This document shows positions 60,495 to 64,000 of a stretch of 64,000 bases of DNA, in pieces; position 1 is the stretch's first letter, and the number at the start of each line of letters is the position of its first letter. The notes under the pieces are model-generated. The model was given only the letters and a program-made list of their open reading frames with translations. It searched no databases and had not been told where the DNA came from. The translations under genes and the position numbers were made by a program. This stretch comes from an uncultured Pseudomonadales bacterium (GTDB lineage: Bacteria; Patescibacteriota; Microgenomatia; UBA1400; UBA1449), in assembly GCA_964386355.1 (NCBI GenBank), contig CAYLQQ010000003.1:5880-69879 (forward strand), given 5' to 3'.

Positions 60495-61322
60495 TTAATC
60501 TGTTTGTAACTCCTGTAGCGCACATACAACCTCTTCCTTGTTTGGTACCTTACCATGCCACCGATAATCGCCCTCCATAAACAAAACCCCTTTTCCTGGA
60601 ATTGTGTGAGCAATTATTGCGCTTGGTCTTTTTTTTATAGTCAGTGTTTTATAGTACGCGTCCTCAATTTCTTCAAAACTATGCCCATCTATTTCCAATA
60701 CATATAAGCCAAAGCTCTCCAGCTTGGCTTTAAGAGGTTCTAGTGGCATCACAGACTCAGTATTGCCACCAATCTGAATTTTGTTGCGATCCAAAATAAA
60801 AGTAATATTATCCAATTTGTATTTTGAGGCAAACAAGTATGCTTCCCAAATCTGCCCCTCCTGTTGTTCCCCATCTGACATAACACACACCGTGCGCCAT
60901 GATTTGTTTTGAATTTTAGCTGCCAGCGCCATACCCACAGCAAATGATACCCCTTGACCAAGGGGTCCGGACGAATTTTCAACACCCGGGATTGATGATA
61001 TGTGCGGGTGCCCTTGTAAGCCAGAAATTTTGCGTAAACTACGCAATCTCTGCAGTGGAAAATAACCCGATCGAGCAAGCGCGGCATACCATACTGGACA
61101 AATGTGGCCACTTGATAAAATAACCCGATCCCGATCCCCCCAATCTGGCTTATTCGGTTTGTGGTGCAAGAGATTAAAGTATAGAGAAGCAAAAATATCA
61201 GCCATCCCAAGTGACCCAGCGCTATGCCCGGAGCCTGCTTGCTCAAGCATTATAACCACGTCTTGACGCATTACATCAGCTAGTTTTTCAAGCTCTCTAT
61301 GTGTGAGTGGCATAAATCCCAT
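60495..61322 (-). CDS. tktA: Transketolase, N-terminal (TPP-binding) subunit
   Basis: TPP-binding GDG...N motif (MSDGEQQEGQIWEA). 275 aa. Confidence 0.85.
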   Translation of the reverse strand: MGFMPLTHRELEKLADVMRQDVVIMLEQAGSGHSAGSLGMADIFASLYFNLLHHKPNKPDWGDRDRVILSSGHICPVWYAALARSGYFPLQRLRSLRKISGLQGHPHISSIPGVENSSGPLGQGVSFAVGMALAAKIQNKSWRTVCVMSDGEQQEGQIWEAYLFASKYKLDNITFILDRNKIQIGGNTESVMPLEPLKAKLESFGLYVLEIDGHSFEEIEDAYYKTLTIKKRPSAIIAHTIPGKGVLFMEGDYRWHGKVPNKEEVVCALQELQTD

Positions 61323-61947
61323 CAGTGTTACTTAGTAAACTATAGTTCTCTTCAGGCTTTTTCCACAAAAATGAATTTACAGCAAGTACATCAGCCCCTG
61401 CCTTAATACACTTGGTGGCGCTCACATCGTCAATTCCTCCATCCACAATAATTTCCGCAGAATATCCGACGATTTGACGCACGGCTTCAATTTTAGGCAA
61501 AACCGCCTCATCAAACTCTTGTCCTGCATACCCAGTTTTTATTGCCATTAACACCACAGCTGAAAGATCCGGTAACATCCAATCATTAATGATAGTAACC
61601 GGTGTATCAATGTCCAGGGCTAACCCCACTTTTTTACCCACATCTTTTGTATTCTCAAAAAATACCTGCATATTGGAAATTCCTTCATATTGTCCAATAA
61701 TCATATCAACTTGATGGATTTTCAGCCGATCCAACCAGGTTTCCGGATATTGCACCATCAGATGAACATCAACTGAAAGATTTGAGGGAAGCTCAGGCCA
61801 CTCCTCTGGAAGCAATGTGTGATTATCTACAAACTTTCCATCAATCACATCAATTTGAATACGGTTACACAGCTCCCGAACCTTGAGCAGTTTTTCATCA
61901 AAATCAAGCAGATTAGATTCTAGAATTGTCGGTGTAACAATTACCAT
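61297..61947 (-). CDS. rpe: Ribulose-phosphate 3-epimerase
   Basis: 216 aa TIM barrel. IDVIDGKFVDNHTL and VDGGID motifs. 26-nt overlap with tktA. Confidence 0.75.
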   Translation of the reverse strand: MVIVTPTILESNLLDFDEKLLKVRELCNRIQIDVIDGKFVDNHTLLPEEWPELPSNLSVDVHLMVQYPETWLDRLKIHQVDMIIGQYEGISNMQVFFENTKDVGKKVGLALDIDTPVTIINDWMLPDLSAVVLMAIKTGYAGQEFDEAVLPKIEAVRQIVGYSAEIIVDGGIDDVSATKCIKAGADVLAVNSFLWKKPEENYSLLSNTDGIYATHT

Positions 61948-61950
61948 AAA

Positions 61951-63150
61951 CTAGCTTTTATTTTCTAAGACCTCTATTGCTGGTAATGTGTCTTTTTCAA
62001 TAAGCTCAAGCATAGCTCCACCTCCAGTAGAAACATGTGAAATTGCCTTGGTGTCTTCATTACTCTCTATAGCAGAAAGAGTTTCTCCGCCCCCCACCAC
62101 ACTAACAGCCTCTTTGTTTCTTGCTACAGCATGTAATATGGCGTTATTTCCTGTAACAAAAGCATCTTTTTCAATAGCCCCCATGGGACCATTCCAGATG
62201 ATAGTTTTAGCCTGTGCGATAATTTCGCAATAGTCGGTAATCGTCTTTGGACCAATATCTAATGCCTGTAGCTGCATTGGAATAGCCTCTTTTTCAACCA
62301 CACCTTCGCTTTTGCCGGTCTCAAACCTTCCAACTACTACATCAGATGGCAATAATAGTCTTGTTTTTGCCCTCGTTGCCCGCCAAATCAGATTTTGGCA
62401 TAAACGCATGCTTTCTGGGGAATGAATCGATTGGCCAATACCATATCCCAGGGCCTTAAGAAATGTATTAGCCACACCACCACCCAATAGTACATAATCG
62501 GCTTTGATAAATAGTTTTTCAAGGACGGGAATTTTTGTTGTTGCTTTGGCTCCACCAATAATTACCACCAATGGGCTTTGGGGGGCTTCAATGGCATTTC
62601 CAATCATATCCAGCTCTTTTTCTAGGCAAAAACCAGCCACAACAGGACCGTAATGAGCTATACCAACCATAGAAGCGTGTGCCCTATGGCAGTTGCTAAA
62701 AGCCTCATTGACATACACATCTCCAAAACTGGCAAGTGTTTTTGCAAATCCCTCGCCATTAGTTTCTTCATCTGCGTAGTATCGGAGATTCTCAAGAAGC
62801 ACTATTTGGCCATCCACTAAAGACTGTACTTTTGTCACAATTTCTGGTTGAGTATAGTTCTCAACAAAATCCACCCCTACACCCAACAATTCGGAAAGTT
62901 TTACAGCCACGGGCTTAAGGGAATATTGGGGATCAACCTTTCCATCTGGACGACCCAGATGTGACATGAGCACTAAGCGGCTTGGTTTTTGCGCAAGAAT
63001 GTATTGTATGGTTTGCAAGGACTCATGTATTCTAATATCACTTCCCACCACGAAATTTTCTCCGTTTTTTTCGATTGGAACATTATAATCAACACGTACC
63101 AAAACTGATTTACCTTTTAAATCAATATCTTTTACGGTTTTTTTGTTCAT
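61951..63150 (-). CDS. pgk: Phosphoglycerate kinase
   Basis: LVRVDYNVP N-terminal signature, GGGA...LE hinge motifs. 399 aa. Confidence 0.9.
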   Translation of the reverse strand: MNKKTVKDIDLKGKSVLVRVDYNVPIEKNGENFVVGSDIRIHESLQTIQYILAQKPSRLVLMSHLGRPDGKVDPQYSLKPVAVKLSELLGVGVDFVENYTQPEIVTKVQSLVDGQIVLLENLRYYADEETNGEGFAKTLASFGDVYVNEAFSNCHRAHASMVGIAHYGPVVAGFCLEKELDMIGNAIEAPQSPLVVIIGGAKATTKIPVLEKLFIKADYVLLGGGVANTFLKALGYGIGQSIHSPESMRLCQNLIWRATRAKTRLLLPSDVVVGRFETGKSEGVVEKEAIPMQLQALDIGPKTITDYCEIIAQAKTIIWNGPMGAIEKDAFVTGNNAILHAVARNKEAVSVVGGGETLSAIESNEDTKAISHVSTGGGAMLELIEKDTLPAIEVLENKS

Positions 63151-63259
63151 AGGCAGCTAAAATTTATTTACACCATCATTATACCTATAGATATCACCGT
63201 TCTTCCATAGCTGTTTCAACCACTGTTTGGCAGTGGCAGACCAATGGTATACTAATGAC

Positions 63260-64000
63260 ATGGAACAACACGCCATCCCTCAAAATGTGACCCAGTATCA
63301 ATTTCGCCTCATTGGGAACCTAACACTCAAACAATTTGCTATGCTTGGTGCTTGTATATTGGCTGCGTTTTTACTAAGCAAAACAACTATTTTACCTGTA
63401 ATTTTTCGATATCCCCTCATTGGCCTTTTTGTAGCACTTGGTCTTGGGTTGGCATTTTTACCCTTTGAAGAGCGCTCTCTAGATGTGTGGTTGATTAATT
63501 TTATCAAGTCAATCTATAGCCCCACGCAATATTTATGGAGAACATCTGGAGAGATCCCAGACTATCTCTCACAAGACACGTCAAATGGGCATATTGTCAA
63601 TCACCCTGCAGTAGCTCTTTCCAAAAACAGGCTTCAGCCTTATTTGCAATCAATACAAAAACAACCACAAAACCCAATTGACACATATGAGCAAGATCGG
63701 GTTGGGAAAATATATAACCTGTTTTATGATTCACAACCCAATCAACCCTCCCAACAGGCAAATAGACCAGTGCAAACCAATAACGCACCAACTCAGTTTT
63801 CACCGGCTCCATTTCAAAACCAACCCCAGACAAACAAACCAGAATCGCCACAAAACAAGCCAATCGCCACACGACACCCAATTATTGGTAATTCCCAGCA
63901 AATAATTTCCAACCAATCAACCGAAACATCACCAATTGGTAATATGGTTTCAGCAACTACCCAAACCAATCCACCTATTCAGATTATGTCTGCCCCACCC
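63260..64000 (+). CDS. PrgI-family membrane protein (type IV secretion/conjugation-associated), 3'-truncated by window edge
   Basis: Manual translation gives MEQHAIPQNVTQYQFRLIGNLTLKQFAMLGACILAAFLL... followed by a Gln/Pro/Asn-rich low-complexity tail. The family N-terminus (TQYQF.LIG.LT..QF) is recognisable. Absent from the ORF track because no stop occurs before the edge. Confidence 0.55.
   Translation, partial: MEQHAIPQNVTQYQFRLIGNLTLKQFAMLGACILAAFLLSKTTILPVIFRYPLIGLFVALGLGLAFLPFEERSLDVWLINFIKSIYSPTQYLWRTSGEIPDYLSQDTSNGHIVNHPAVALSKNRLQPYLQSIQKQPQNPIDTYEQDRVGKIYNLFYDSQPNQPSQQANRPVQTNNAPTQFSPAPFQNQPQTNKPESPQNKPIATRHPIIGNSQQIISNQSTETSPIGNMVSATTQTNPPIQIMSAPP

Overview
This window looks like a gene-dense, reduced bacterial genome. 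I infer a CPR/Patescibacteria-like origin from the gene content: split transketolase, a PrgI-family gene, unlinked rRNA genes with an intron-encoded LAGLIDADG endonuclease, and a giant surface protein. TGA terminates well-conserved genes, so the standard code 11 applies. I can support about 60 protein-coding genes, mostly on the minus strand.

The window holds an rRNA locus on the minus strand. It comprises 16S (~16893-18421), 23S (~10705-14450) interrupted by a ~825-bp group-I-type intron carrying an I-CreI-like LAGLIDADG homing endonuclease ORF, and 5S (~10378-10497). 16S is separated from 23S by 2.45 kb. That spacer holds sodA on the opposite strand, two small CDSs, tRNA-Ile(GAU), a degenerate tRNA-like copy and tRNA-Ala(UGC). 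A tRNA-Met/Ile2(CAU) lies elsewhere.

Recognisable housekeeping genes are rpsA, mnmA, fbaB (class I aldolase), trxA, trxB, pyrH, lgt, pth, ftsH, trpS, rpe, pgk, a split tkt, a pfkB-family kinase, a Pol-I-type 5'-3' exonuclease, a NfeD/SPFH pair, a Xer-like recombinase, an FtsB-like protein and GT2/GT2/GT4 glycosyltransferases.

The most interesting loci are these:
1. A tightly packed 5-gene minus-strand operon (1004-7699). It encodes an MIO-type aromatic amino-acid ammonia-lyase/aminomutase, a PaaK/CapK-like adenylate-forming ligase, a ThiF/E1-like enzyme with an N-terminal extension, a multi-TM GAF histidine kinase and a single-domain response regulator.
2. A 2131-aa membrane protein (25937-32332). 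A cytoplasmic MerR/excisionase-type HTH is fused through one TM helix to a huge ectodomain (CBM-like, tail-fibre-like repeats, LVIVD beta-propeller with near-identical 126-bp tandem repeats, tail-fibre chaperone-like segment). It sits directly downstream of a 2.4-kb ORF-free, extremely AT-rich block.
3. A PHP/endonuclease-Q-like gene split at a GAAAAAUAG site. This could be a -1 frameshift or an indel.
4. A (ttttgag)x4 heptanucleotide repeat inside the GT4 gene, a candidate phase-variation site.
5. A miniature GYGD K+ channel that lacks a canonical start for TM1.
6. A RimK-related ATP-grasp fused to a retropepsin-like domain, with a 7TM partner.

ORFs that run off either window edge are absent from the supplied track. 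I recovered them by hand (1-624 minus, 63260-64000 plus).
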